A DNA stretch of 64,000 nucleotides from Rickettsiales bacterium (GTDB lineage Bacteria; Pseudomonadota; Alphaproteobacteria; Rickettsiales; UBA998), in assembly GCA_046348685.1 (NCBI GenBank), contig JAXMDT010000006.1:2395-66394 (forward strand), read 5' to 3'. Of this stretch, positions 28,850 through 36,818 are shown piece after piece; within the stretch, counting starts at the first letter, position 1, and the number at the start of each line of letters is the position of its first letter. The notes under the pieces are model-generated. The model did no database searches. It had not been told where the DNA came from and saw only the letters and a program-made list of their open reading frames with translations. Both the position numbers and the translations under genes were made by a program.

Positions 28850-29137
28850 ATGCAGCAGTCATATGTTTATATCATGGCTAGCAAGCGAAATGGGACGCTT
28901 TATATCGGCGTTACATCCAATCTTACTCAGCGAGTCTATCAGCATAAAGAAGGTTTGGCTGATGGCTTCACCAAAAAGTATAATATCAAACTGCTGGTTT
29001 ATTATGAAATTCACGAAGAAATAGAGCAAGCTATCCTCCGGGAGACACAGATGAAGGCATGGCAGCGAAAATGGAAGCTGGAATTGATAGAAAAGTTCAA
29101 TCCGGACTGGAAAGATTTATATGAAACCATTATTTAG
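28850..29137 (+). CDS. GIY-YIG nuclease family protein (UPF0213/COG2827-like)
   Basis: YVYIMASKRNGTLYIGVTSNLTQRVYQHKEG...KLLVYYE...A..RE.Q.K.W.R.WK is present. The ORF is 95 aa. Confidence 0.9.
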   Translation: MQQSYVYIMASKRNGTLYIGVTSNLTQRVYQHKEGLADGFTKKYNIKLLVYYEIHEEIEQAILRETQMKAWQRKWKLELIEKFNPDWKDLYETII

Positions 29138-29220
29138 TCTGGATTCCAGCTTTCGCCGCCGCCACGGTGGCTGGAATGACGACCTAACTCTACTGGATTC
29201 CAGCTTTCGCTGGAATGACG
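29138..29220. repeat. family C hairpins downstream of GIY-YIG gene 1
   Basis: tctggattccagctttcgccgccgccacggtggctggaatgacg (29138-29181) and ctggattccagctttcgctggaatgacg (29192-29220) are inverted relative to 28813-28840. Confidence 0.8.
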
Positions 29221-29227
29221 TTTTTAA

Positions 29228-30802
29228 ATGACCATCTCCCTCTATAACACGCTCACCCGCCAGAAAGACGCCCTTGTTCCTGAGAATGAGAAGAATGTCC
29301 GCATGTATGTGTGCGGGCCGACGGTGTATGACCGGGCGCATCTGGGTAATGCGCGCTCGGTGGTGGTGTATGATGTGCTCTACCGGCTGCTGCGGCATGT
29401 GTACGGCGAAAAGCAGGTTACCTATGTGCGCAACATCACCGATGTCGATGACAAGATCAACAAGGCCGCCGTTGAGCGCGGCATCACGATTCAACAGCTG
29501 ACGCAGGAAGTCACCGGCTGGTTCCATGCCGATATGGAAGCGCTGAATTGCTTAGAGTTGCCGGAAAAAAATCAGCCGCGTGCAACACAGTATATTAAAC
29601 AAATGATCAAGATGATCGAAAGCCTGATTGCGAATGGCAATGCTTACGTGGCCGAAGGGCATGTTTTGTTTGATGTAAACACCTCCCCCAGTAGGGGGGA
29701 GGATGGGAGGGGGGCGTTGGATGCTCAGAGTTCCCAAAGCCCCCACCCTAACCTTTCCCCTACTGGGGTGGGAAATTGGTATTATGGCATGCTTTCGGGA
29801 CGTTCGCTGGATGATCTGATTGCCGGGGCGCGGGTGGAAGTTGCGCCGTACAAGAAAAGTCCCGGTGATTTTGTGCTGTGGAAACCCGCAGCGGCGACCG
29901 ACGATGCATCGAGCAAATTTGAATCCCCCTGGGGAGTAGGGCGTCCCGGCTGGCATATCGAATGCTCGGCGATGGCGACGGAACTTCTCGGCGATACTTT
30001 CGATATACATGGCGGCGGCGCGGATTTGATGTTCCCGCACCATGAGAACGAAATCGCGCAGGCCTGCGCCGCCAATCCCGGATCACGCTTCGCGAAGATG
30101 TGGGTGCATAACGGATTCCTCACCGTGCATGGCGAGAAGATGAGCAAATCGCTCGGCAATTTCATCACCGTGCGCGATTTGCTGGATAAGGGCGTGCATG
30201 GCGAAGTGATCCGCTTCGCGCTGCTCTCAACGCATTACCGCAAACCGCTCGACTGGACGGACAAGCTGGTTGAAGAAGCTTTTTTTGATCTCAAGTATTT
30301 TGCTCAATATCTATGGCAGAATCAGGGTTTTAAATTTGATAAATTTGAAAAAGAATGGAAAACATTTTCACGCGAACCTGAAGCACAAATTTATCTTTCA
30401 AGATTTTACGAGAGCTTAGAAAGCGATCTCAACTTTAGTGTTGCAAAAACTGTTATTTACGATGTTATTGATGAAATTAAAAAACATGTTTTTAATTTAG
30501 AAGATAAAGAAGACAATCAAGAAAATGAAAAAAACTATTTCATTTATCGTTCAACATTACGGGAAATGTGTGAATTTCTGGGATTATGTACTGTCAACTT
30601 TGTTGAGTGGCAAAAGCAGGAAGAAGCCAACAAAAATAGCGGTAGCGATGTAGAAGCGATTCAAAATCGCATCGGAGCGCGGAAAGCAGCTAAGCTTGCC
30701 AAGAACTGGGCGGAGGCAGACCGCATACGCGATGAACTAAAAGCCGAGGGCATCCTGCTCGAAGACAAGCCGGGTGATGTGACGGAGTGGAGAAGGCTTT
30801 AA
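29228..30802 (+). CDS. cysS: cysteine--tRNA ligase
   Basis: [18 protein letters not shown] contains the HIGH motif and KMSKSLGN is present. At 524 aa it is longer than usual because of a ~30-codon repeat insertion. It contains a strongly AT-rich internal segment. Confidence 0.95.
   Translation: MTISLYNTLTRQKDALVPENEKNVRMYVCGPTVYDRAHLGNARSVVVYDVLYRLLRHVYGEKQVTYVRNITDVDDKINKAAVERGITIQQLTQEVTGWFHADMEALNCLELPEKNQPRATQYIKQMIKMIESLIANGNAYVAEGHVLFDVNTSPSRGEDGRGALDAQSSQSPHPNLSPTGVGNWYYGMLSGRSLDDLIAGARVEVAPYKKSPGDFVLWKPAAATDDASSKFESPWGVGRPGWHIECSAMATELLGDTFDIHGGGADLMFPHHENEIAQACAANPGSRFAKMWVHNGFLTVHGEKMSKSLGNFITVRDLLDKGVHGEVIRFALLSTHYRKPLDWTDKLVEEAFFDLKYFAQYLWQNQGFKFDKFEKEWKTFSREPEAQIYLSRFYESLESDLNFSVAKTVIYDVIDEIKKHVFNLEDKEDNQENEKNYFIYRSTLREMCEFLGLCTVNFVEWQKQEEANKNSGSDVEAIQNRIGARKAAKLAKNWAEADRIRDELKAEGILLEDKPGDVTEWRRL
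29682..29775. repeat. family A ('GEG-type') MITE-like element in frame in cysS
   Basis: cctcccccagtaggggggaggatgggagggggg...cccccaccctaacctttcccctactggggtgggaaa encodes [31 protein letters not shown], between FDV and YGMLSG. Confidence 0.75.
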
Positions 30803-31698
30803 TGGCTAGCCTTCTTGAATACTTCTACAATGATTTTTGGCGATATAGAGCGTATGGATCAAATTGGCCTTTAGCCCTCTTTTTAGGTGAAAAATATCCT
30901 TCACCTAGTTTATCAGGGTCAAGCTTTTTAGGGTTACCAGAATTACAAGAGCACAGCTTTTTATATGCTCATAGATACGACGAAGCTACCCGAAGCTTTC
31001 CATTAATTTTCTATATTCCAGCAATTGAAGAACATGAGATTCTAATTATAAGAATATTAGAAAACCTACATTACTTCTTAGATCATGGACTTCTAAAAAC
31101 AGGCCCTATATTCAATGAAAAAATACTAAATGAAGAGTTGGATTTTAGCGGAACAATATATTTTTATTCAGAAAATATTATCGGCGTTGAAACGCAAAAG
31201 AAACTGGAAGAATATGCGGGTTTACGAATTATAATTAGAGAAAAACTTTACGCTGAAGAAAAATCTAAAGTTGAAAAACCAGTTGCATTTATTTCCTATG
31301 ATAATCGCGATAAAGAAGTTGCTGAGCAGATAGTCTTTGGACTCCAAAAAATGAATTTTCCTGCACCAATATGGTTTGATCAATATTCCCTTAAGTGGGG
31401 CAATAATATGAGAAAGACTATTGAAGATGGCTTAAAAAGATCAAAAAAATGCATAGTTGTTCTATCTCAAAATTATATGGAAAACAGAAGCTGGGCTGCA
31501 GAAGAATTTGAAAGCGCCTACCAAAAAGGTTTGCACGAAAAAGAAGATATTTTTCTTCCGATATGGAAAGGCGTTACAGAAAAAGAAGTTTATGAATTTT
31601 CACCTAAGCTTAAAAATGTAAAAGGCATTATTTGGAGCGAAGATAATAAAGATAAAAATATGCGTAACGTATTCGATGTTCTAAAAGAGTTACTATGA
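30802..31698 (+). CDS. TIR-domain protein with an uncharacterised ~165-aa N-terminal domain
   Basis: The C-terminal TIR pattern is VAFISYDNRDKEVAE...IWFDQYSLKWG...KKCIVVLSQNYMENRSWAAEEFE...IFLPIW. The gene is strongly AT-rich. Its start overlaps the cysS stop (TAATG); a GTG at 30787 is an alternative start. Its stop overlaps the next start (ATGA). Confidence 0.8.
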   Translation: MASLLEYFYNDFWRYRAYGSNWPLALFLGEKYPSPSLSGSSFLGLPELQEHSFLYAHRYDEATRSFPLIFYIPAIEEHEILIIRILENLHYFLDHGLLKTGPIFNEKILNEELDFSGTIYFYSENIIGVETQKKLEEYAGLRIIIREKLYAEEKSKVEKPVAFISYDNRDKEVAEQIVFGLQKMNFPAPIWFDQYSLKWGNNMRKTIEDGLKRSKKCIVVLSQNYMENRSWAAEEFESAYQKGLHEKEDIFLPIWKGVTEKEVYEFSPKLKNVKGIIWSEDNKDKNMRNVFDVLKELL

Positions 31699-32324
31699 AC
31701 AAAGGAAAACTGACCATTGTCGGGTCACTGACCAGCCCGTTTGTGAGGGTGGTGCGGACGGTGTGCGAGGAACTGCAGCTGCCCTACGACATGGATTTGA
31801 CCGTCTTTTTCGCCAAGCAGGATGAAGCGGCGAAAGAACATCTCTCGCAGCACAATCCCTTGATGCGGGTGCCGGTGCTGATCGACGGCGAAAAACATAT
31901 ACTCGATTCGCGGATTATTCTCAGCTATCTGCTGAAGCATCCGGACGCCAAACCGCTCACCGATTTCCGCGCGGATTTTCCGCGGGGACTGGAAGACGAA
32001 AACCGCCTTTCGGTGCTTTATGGGATCGTCGATGCCGGGGTGCTGTACTTCATTATGCGCAACCTTCACCCGGAAGTAAAACCGGACACAGGCTACCTGG
32101 TGCAATCCCAGCGCCGCATCCGGCAGGGGCTGGAGTGGCTAGATAAAGATAAGGAGCTAGGCGAAGGTTTCGGGATTCCGGAACTGGTTCTCCTCTGCGG
32201 GCTGGAATGGTTCAAGAAGAGGGAAGTGGTTGAATGGACAGGATATTCGCATCTTAGAGCCGTCCATGCGCGTTACCATGAGCGGCCATCTCTCGTAAAA
32301 ACATGTATTCCGGAAAACGCTTAA
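31695..32324 (+). CDS. glutathione S-transferase family protein
   Basis: The thioredoxin-like N-terminal domain reads SPFVRVVR...HNPLMRVPVLIDGEKHILDSRIILSYL. The G+C is normal. Confidence 0.7.
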   Translation: MNKGKLTIVGSLTSPFVRVVRTVCEELQLPYDMDLTVFFAKQDEAAKEHLSQHNPLMRVPVLIDGEKHILDSRIILSYLLKHPDAKPLTDFRADFPRGLEDENRLSVLYGIVDAGVLYFIMRNLHPEVKPDTGYLVQSQRRIRQGLEWLDKDKELGEGFGIPELVLLCGLEWFKKREVVEWTGYSHLRAVHARYHERPSLVKTCIPENA

Positions 32325-32371
32325 TTCCCGCTTTCGTAATAGCAGCAATTCTATTAGAACATTTAAAAGAA

Positions 32372-32420
32372 ACTGGATTCCAGCTGTAGTTTATCCCGGC
32401 GAAGGCCGGGACGGGAACGA
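32372..32420. repeat. family C composite hairpin
   Basis: The sequence is actggattccagctgtagtttatcccggcgaaggccgggacgggaacga. Confidence 0.6.
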
Positions 32421-32432
32421 CAAAAGGCACGC

Positions 32433-34019
32433 ATGACAGACCGCGTTTATCTTTATGATTCGACCTTACGCGACGGCTCGCAGGCGCGCGGGGTGGATTT
32501 CACGCTCGCCGACAAGCTGGCGATTGCGAAGGCGCTCGACGCATTCGGAATTGATTACATCGAAGGTGGCTGGCCCGGCGCGAACCCGAAAGACGATGCG
32601 TTTTTTGCGGAAAAGCCCGCGACTAAAACATCGAAGATTTCTGCGTTCGGCATGACGCGAAAGAACGGCCGCTCGGCCGATAACGATCCGGGGCTGGCAG
32701 CACTGCTGCAAACGGAAACGCCCTCCATCTGCATCGTCGGCAAGACGTGGGATTTTCATATTGAGAAAGCGCTCGAGATCACGGCGGAAGAAAACCGCAA
32801 AATGATCGAGGACTCGGTGAAGTACCTCGCCAAGCACAAACGCGAAGTGCTGTTCGACGCCGAGCATTTTTTTGATGGTTATAAACATAACAAGCCGGTG
32901 GCGCTGGAGATGATCAAGGCGGCGCACGATGCGGGCGCGCGGTGGATTGTCCTTTGCGATACGAACGGCGGCACGCTGCCGCACCAGATCGGCGAGATCG
33001 TGCGCGACGTGACGCAGCATGTTCCGGGCGCGCATCTCGGCATCCATTGCCATAACGATACGGAGAACGCGGTGGCCAATTCGCTGGCGGCGGTGCTGGC
33101 GGGCGTGCGGCAGGTGCAGGGGACGATCAACGGGATTGGCGAGCGCTGCGGCAATGCCAACCTGATTTCGATTATTCCGAACCTGATGCTGAAGATGGGA
33201 TTCGATACCGGTATTTCGCATGACAAGCTGACAGAGCTGACAAAGCTGTCGCGCCTGATCGACGAGCGGCTGAGTAAAACGCCGAATATGCATGCGCCGT
33301 ATGTCGGCCCTGCGGCTTTCGCGCACAAAGGCGGGCTGCATGTATCGGCGATGGCGAAGGATACCGCATCCTACGAACATATCGAGCCGGAAGCGGTGGG
33401 CAATGAACGCACTATTCTGGTTTCCGATAAAGCAGGCAAATCGAATATCGTGGCGCGGCTGAAGCAGCTGGGACTGGAAGCGGAAGCGAACAGCGATCAC
33501 ATCGAAAAACTTGTCGAGATCGTGAAGGAACAGGAAACGCAGGGCTATGCGTATGAAGGCGCCGATGCCAGTTTTGAATTGCTGGCGCGCAGGCTGCTGA
33601 CTGGCGTTCCGGCCTTCTATGACATCAGCAGTTTTCGTGTGATGGACGAGCGCCGCTGGAACGCGAAAGGTACATTGGTGACGGTGTCGGAAGCGACAGT
33701 GAAACTTTCGGTAAACGGCGAAAAAGTGATGTCCGTCGCCGAAGGAAACGGGCCGGTAAATGCCCTCGACGGCGCGATCCGGAAAGCCTTAGTCGCACAT
33801 TATCCGGTGCTCGCCGACATCAAACTCACCGACTATAAAGTACGCATCCTCACACCGCAGGAAGGTACCGGCGCGATGACGCGCGTGCTGATCGAGAGCC
33901 GCGATTCCACCGGCAAGGTGTGGAACACGATCGGCGTTTCCCACAACGTGATCGATGCATCCTTCAATGCGCTGAATGATTCGCTGACCTACAAGTTGAT
34001 TCACGCCGCTGTTCACTAA
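32433..34019 (+). CDS. cimA: citramalate synthase (LeuA/CimA family)
   Basis: LYDSTLRDGSQARGVDF...HCHNDTENAVANSLAAV is followed by a LeuA-dimer-type C-terminal regulatory domain. The ORF is 528 aa. Confidence 0.75.
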   Translation: MTDRVYLYDSTLRDGSQARGVDFTLADKLAIAKALDAFGIDYIEGGWPGANPKDDAFFAEKPATKTSKISAFGMTRKNGRSADNDPGLAALLQTETPSICIVGKTWDFHIEKALEITAEENRKMIEDSVKYLAKHKREVLFDAEHFFDGYKHNKPVALEMIKAAHDAGARWIVLCDTNGGTLPHQIGEIVRDVTQHVPGAHLGIHCHNDTENAVANSLAAVLAGVRQVQGTINGIGERCGNANLISIIPNLMLKMGFDTGISHDKLTELTKLSRLIDERLSKTPNMHAPYVGPAAFAHKGGLHVSAMAKDTASYEHIEPEAVGNERTILVSDKAGKSNIVARLKQLGLEAEANSDHIEKLVEIVKEQETQGYAYEGADASFELLARRLLTGVPAFYDISSFRVMDERRWNAKGTLVTVSEATVKLSVNGEKVMSVAEGNGPVNALDGAIRKALVAHYPVLADIKLTDYKVRILTPQEGTGAMTRVLIESRDSTGKVWNTIGVSHNVIDASFNALNDSLTYKLIHAAVH

Positions 34020-34020
34020 T

Positions 34021-34130
34021 CCTTATCGCTTGCTGCAAGCAACGGATTACTGCTTCCGTTGCTCACGTACTAAACGTACGCTCCGCTACGGTTCTCATAA
34101 TCCGCCGCTTTCACTGACGCGCTAAGAATT
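34021..34130. repeat. family E long imperfect palindrome (probable terminator) after cimA
   Basis: Arms ..cttatcgc..agcaacggatta..ccgttgctcacgta / tacgctccgctacgg..taatccgccgct..gcgctaag are present. The TGCTCACGTA...TACGCT core is shared with 57503-57620. Confidence 0.45.
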
Positions 34131-34162
34131 AGTTTAAGATGCCGTTATTTATATAAAAATGT

Positions 34163-34178
34163 TGTCATAAAAGCTTCA
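34163..34178 (+). promoter_or_regulatory. conserved upstream motif copy 1 (TGTCATAAAAGCTTCA)
   Basis: It lies 46 nt upstream of ATG 34225. A TAAAAT -10-like hexamer follows 24 nt downstream. Confidence 0.55.
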
Positions 34179-34224
34179 TTGGTAGTGGTAAGAAGTGTCG
34201 CGTAAAATAAGCATAGGAAATTCT

Positions 34225-34998
34225 ATGCTTTTTTTGATTCCACTTGCTGCTGAAGGAATCGCCGCCTTGTTTGGCGGCGGCGCGGCTGCGGCTGCCGGTA
34301 CGGCGGCGGTCGTGGGAACGGAAGCGGCCATCGGAACGGCAGCTGCCGTTGGCACCGCTGCCGTGGCAACCGAAGCGGCCGCTGTAGCAGCAGGTACGAC
34401 GGCTGCCGTCGGCGGCACGGCGGCAAGCGCCGGATTGCTGGCAAGCGTGGGGCTTTGGGGTAGCCGCTTGATTGCGCCGGCACGGTGGGCATTTAGTGCC
34501 TTGCGTTCGGGCGGATTAGTCCGCGGTGGAAAGATTGGATTGGAAGCAGCTGAAAAAGTTGCAACGAGCGGTGGCGCGCGAACCGCACTGACAAAAGTCG
34601 GATTAGCAGGCGGTGGCGCGGCGCTCGGCGCGACGGGCGCTACAGCGACATGGGCGGCATCGACTGCGATTACTCTGTCAATTTTTGCGGGGATCGCCCT
34701 TGCCGTTGCCATTGGCGGATTTGCGCTTTACCGCGCGTTTGCCAGCCCAAGTGACGTCTCGGAAAGCACAATGCGTGAAAAACCGCGGGATATTCCCCAG
34801 CCGGCGATGCAGGTGCCGCAGCAGCAGGTCATGATGCAGCCGCAGCAACAGCAACCCGTCATAATGATGCAGGCGCCGCAGCCGCAAGGCTACTGGGTGC
34901 AGCGCGTCGCCACACCGCAGATACAGCAGCAATCCTTCGCCGCTGCCGAAGACCAACGCCGCCAGCAGGCAGCCTTAGCGCAGAACGTTGTCCAATAA
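34225..34998 (+). CDS. Gly/Ala/Thr-rich membrane protein with a Q/P/M-rich C-terminal tail
   Basis: I prefer ATG 34225 (RBS AGGAAA) over GTG 34195. A low-complexity GTAAAVG-type region and TM helices are followed by the tail PQQQVMMQPQQQQPVIMMQAPQPQGYWVQ. Confidence 0.55.
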   Translation: MLFLIPLAAEGIAALFGGGAAAAAGTAAVVGTEAAIGTAAAVGTAAVATEAAAVAAGTTAAVGGTAASAGLLASVGLWGSRLIAPARWAFSALRSGGLVRGGKIGLEAAEKVATSGGARTALTKVGLAGGGAALGATGATATWAASTAITLSIFAGIALAVAIGGFALYRAFASPSDVSESTMREKPRDIPQPAMQVPQQQVMMQPQQQQPVIMMQAPQPQGYWVQRVATPQIQQQSFAAAEDQRRQQAALAQNVVQ

Positions 34999-35073
34999 GG
35001 TTTCAGCTTTCAGGTTTCAGGTTTTAGTATATTTATAAACCATGCTGACACCTGAAACCCGGCACCTGAATCC
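34999..35073. repeat. family B hairpin element spanning the methyltransferase start codon
   Basis: The sequence is ggtttcagctttcaggtttcaggtttt-agtatatttataaaccATGctgaca-cctgaaacccggcacctgaatcc. Confidence 0.75.
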
Positions 35074-35776
35074 CCCCACCGTCATTCTCGATCGCCCGCA
35101 GATGGGCGAAAACATCGGCGCGGTGGCGCGCGCGATGATGAATTTCGGCATGCGCGAATTGCGGCTGGTGAACCCGCGCGACGGCTGGCCGAATCCGAAG
35201 GCGCATGAGATGAGCGCCAATGCCGATGTGATCATCGAGGCGGCACGCGTATACGATACGTTTTCCTCGGCGCTTGCCGATTGCCATTTCGTGATTGCGG
35301 CGACCGCCCGAAAACGCGAATTGGAAATTCCGACTTACACGCCGCGCGAATCGGCTTCTCTGCTGCTCGAAAAAATGCGCGATGGCGAAAAGGTAGGCAT
35401 CGTGCTCGGCGGCGAGCGGGCGGGACTTGCCAATGAAGATATCGTTCACTGCCAGGCGATCTGCACGATCCCTACCGACCCTGCCAATGCCTCGCTGAAT
35501 ATCGCACAGAGCATGGTGATTTTAGGCTATGAATGGTGGATGGCCACTCTGCAGGACGCAGAGCATAGCGGCCCGGAGATGGCCCATGCCACCAACGGCG
35601 AGCGGCAGGCGCTCTACGAGCACCTCGTCTGGGCGCTCGATAATAGCCAGTATTTCCAACACGAGGGCAGGGCGCTCGTCATGCAGCGCAACCTTCGTTC
35701 CATGCTGGCGCGGCTTCCTCTAACATCCCAGCAAATACAGTCGCTTAGGGGCATGATTCGGGCGCTGATGTCTTAA
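35042..35776 (+). CDS. TrmH/SpoU-family RNA methyltransferase (TrmJ/LasT-like, group 1)
   Basis: VILDRPQMGENIGAVARAMMNFGMRELRLVNPR...VLGGERAGLANED...IPTDPANASLNIAQSM is present. The first ~10 codons (MLTPETRHLNP) come from the repeat. Confidence 0.8.
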   Translation: MLTPETRHLNPPTVILDRPQMGENIGAVARAMMNFGMRELRLVNPRDGWPNPKAHEMSANADVIIEAARVYDTFSSALADCHFVIAATARKRELEIPTYTPRESASLLLEKMRDGEKVGIVLGGERAGLANEDIVHCQAICTIPTDPANASLNIAQSMVILGYEWWMATLQDAEHSGPEMAHATNGERQALYEHLVWALDNSQYFQHEGRALVMQRNLRSMLARLPLTSQQIQSLRGMIRALMS

Positions 35777-35790
35777 TATTTTTACGTATT

Positions 35791-35806
35791 TGTCATCGAA
35801 GCTTCA
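35791..35806 (+). promoter_or_regulatory. conserved upstream motif copy 2 (TGTCATCGAAGCTTCA)
   Basis: It lies 53 nt upstream of ATG 35860. TATAAT at 35830-35835 follows 23 nt downstream. Confidence 0.6.
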
Positions 35807-35859
35807 TACATAATCGGCGGGAAGCGGCGTATAATACTCATATAAAATAGGATCATCGC

Positions 35860-36222
35860 ATGAGCATTTTAGGAACCGCCTGGAATACTGTTACCGCCCC
35901 AATCAGGGGTATTTTTTCCGGTCTGGCGACCTGGAGCGATGTATCGACGGCGACTCTTGTCCCACTTATGGTCGTTGGCGGTGCCGTTGGGCTTTTTTTT
36001 GGTCCGGGAGCGGCGCTTGTCGGCGTTGCAGGAGGCGCGCTTGCCGCTGCGGGGTTAGGAATGGTAGCGGGTGCGGGAGACGCGGCGATTTCAACGACGA
36101 CCAATGTGGCCAGCGCTGTTTTTGGCGGCAGCAGTGAACAGACAGCCAGCGCCGGTGAAGAACAGGCTGTGGAATCCGGCCTGCCGGCAAAAGGCAAAGA
36201 ATCAGGCGGGAGAACGGTTTAA
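35860..36222 (+). CDS. small glycine-zipper membrane protein
   Basis: The 120-aa ORF contains VVGGAVGLFFGPGAALVGVAGGALAAAGLGMVAGAG (GxxxG-rich) and an acidic/Ser-rich tail. Confidence 0.55.
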   Translation: MSILGTAWNTVTAPIRGIFSGLATWSDVSTATLVPLMVVGGAVGLFFGPGAALVGVAGGALAAAGLGMVAGAGDAAISTTTNVASAVFGGSSEQTASAGEEQAVESGLPAKGKESGGRTV

Positions 36223-36235
36223 CAAGAAATTAAAT

Positions 36236-36251
36236 GTCACAGAAGCTTAAC
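36236..36251 (+). promoter_or_regulatory. conserved upstream motif copy 3 (TGTCACAGAAGCTTAA)
   Basis: It lies 54 nt upstream of ATG 36306. TATAGT at 36275-36280 follows 23 nt downstream. Confidence 0.6.
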
Positions 36252-36305
36252 ACACAGGACAAAGCAAATCCCCTATAGTTAGGGTGTAATAATAGAGAAA
36301 AACTT

Positions 36306-36809
36306 ATGGCAAACTATCGTGACTCTTATGAACCATCCGGCGCCCGCGTTGCTGCAACAGCAGCAAGCGAAACGGCACGCGGTGTTGGAATTGGGCTAGC
36401 ACTGACTGGCGCGTTGCTGATTGGCACGCCGATTGTTGCTTTCTGGGCAGGCGCTCCCATCATCGGTGCAATCGCAACGGCTGTGGCGATTGGCGCAGCA
36501 ATATTCGCGCCCGTGGTTTTTGGTATCGCAGGCGTTGCTGGTGCTATCTCAGGATTCAAAAAAGGCACGGAGAAAATCGATAACGATTATGCCCGTGCAC
36601 ATGAAATTCAAAAAGCCCAATCCGTACTGACATCTCAGGAGCGTGAAATGGGCCGTGCGGAAGCTTACGCTGAAATGAATCAGCCTCGCTCCGCTTTCAT
36701 GGCACAGGCTCCGGTCTATGTTTCGACGGGTGAATGCCCACATTGCAAGGTAAACAGCATGAATTACCAGGGTCAAGCCGTTGCCCTGCAACATGGAATT
36801 GCGAGCTAG
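36306..36809 (+). CDS. glycine-zipper membrane protein with a C-terminal CPHC and YQGQ motif
   Basis: The 167-aa ORF has TM/Gly-Ala region GVGIGLALTGALLIG...GAIATAVAIGAAIFAPVVFGIAGVAGAISG. The tail reads ...FMAQAPVYVSTGECPHCKVNSMNYQGQAVALQHG. Confidence 0.55.
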   Translation: MANYRDSYEPSGARVAATAASETARGVGIGLALTGALLIGTPIVAFWAGAPIIGAIATAVAIGAAIFAPVVFGIAGVAGAISGFKKGTEKIDNDYARAHEIQKAQSVLTSQEREMGRAEAYAEMNQPRSAFMAQAPVYVSTGECPHCKVNSMNYQGQAVALQHGIAS

Positions 36810-36818
36810 GAGTAAGTT

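Noticed and set aside
30802-31698. Calling the TIR gene a Thoeris system.
   Set aside because: No ThsA-like (SIR2, Macro or SLOG) gene lies adjacent. The neighbours are cysS and a GST-family gene. I therefore report only a stand-alone TIR-domain protein.
36231-36252. CtrA-box (TTAA-N7-TTAAC) reading of motif copy 3.
   Set aside because: The TTAA and TTAAC halves are 13 nt apart, not 7. The other motif copies lack the TTAA halves.
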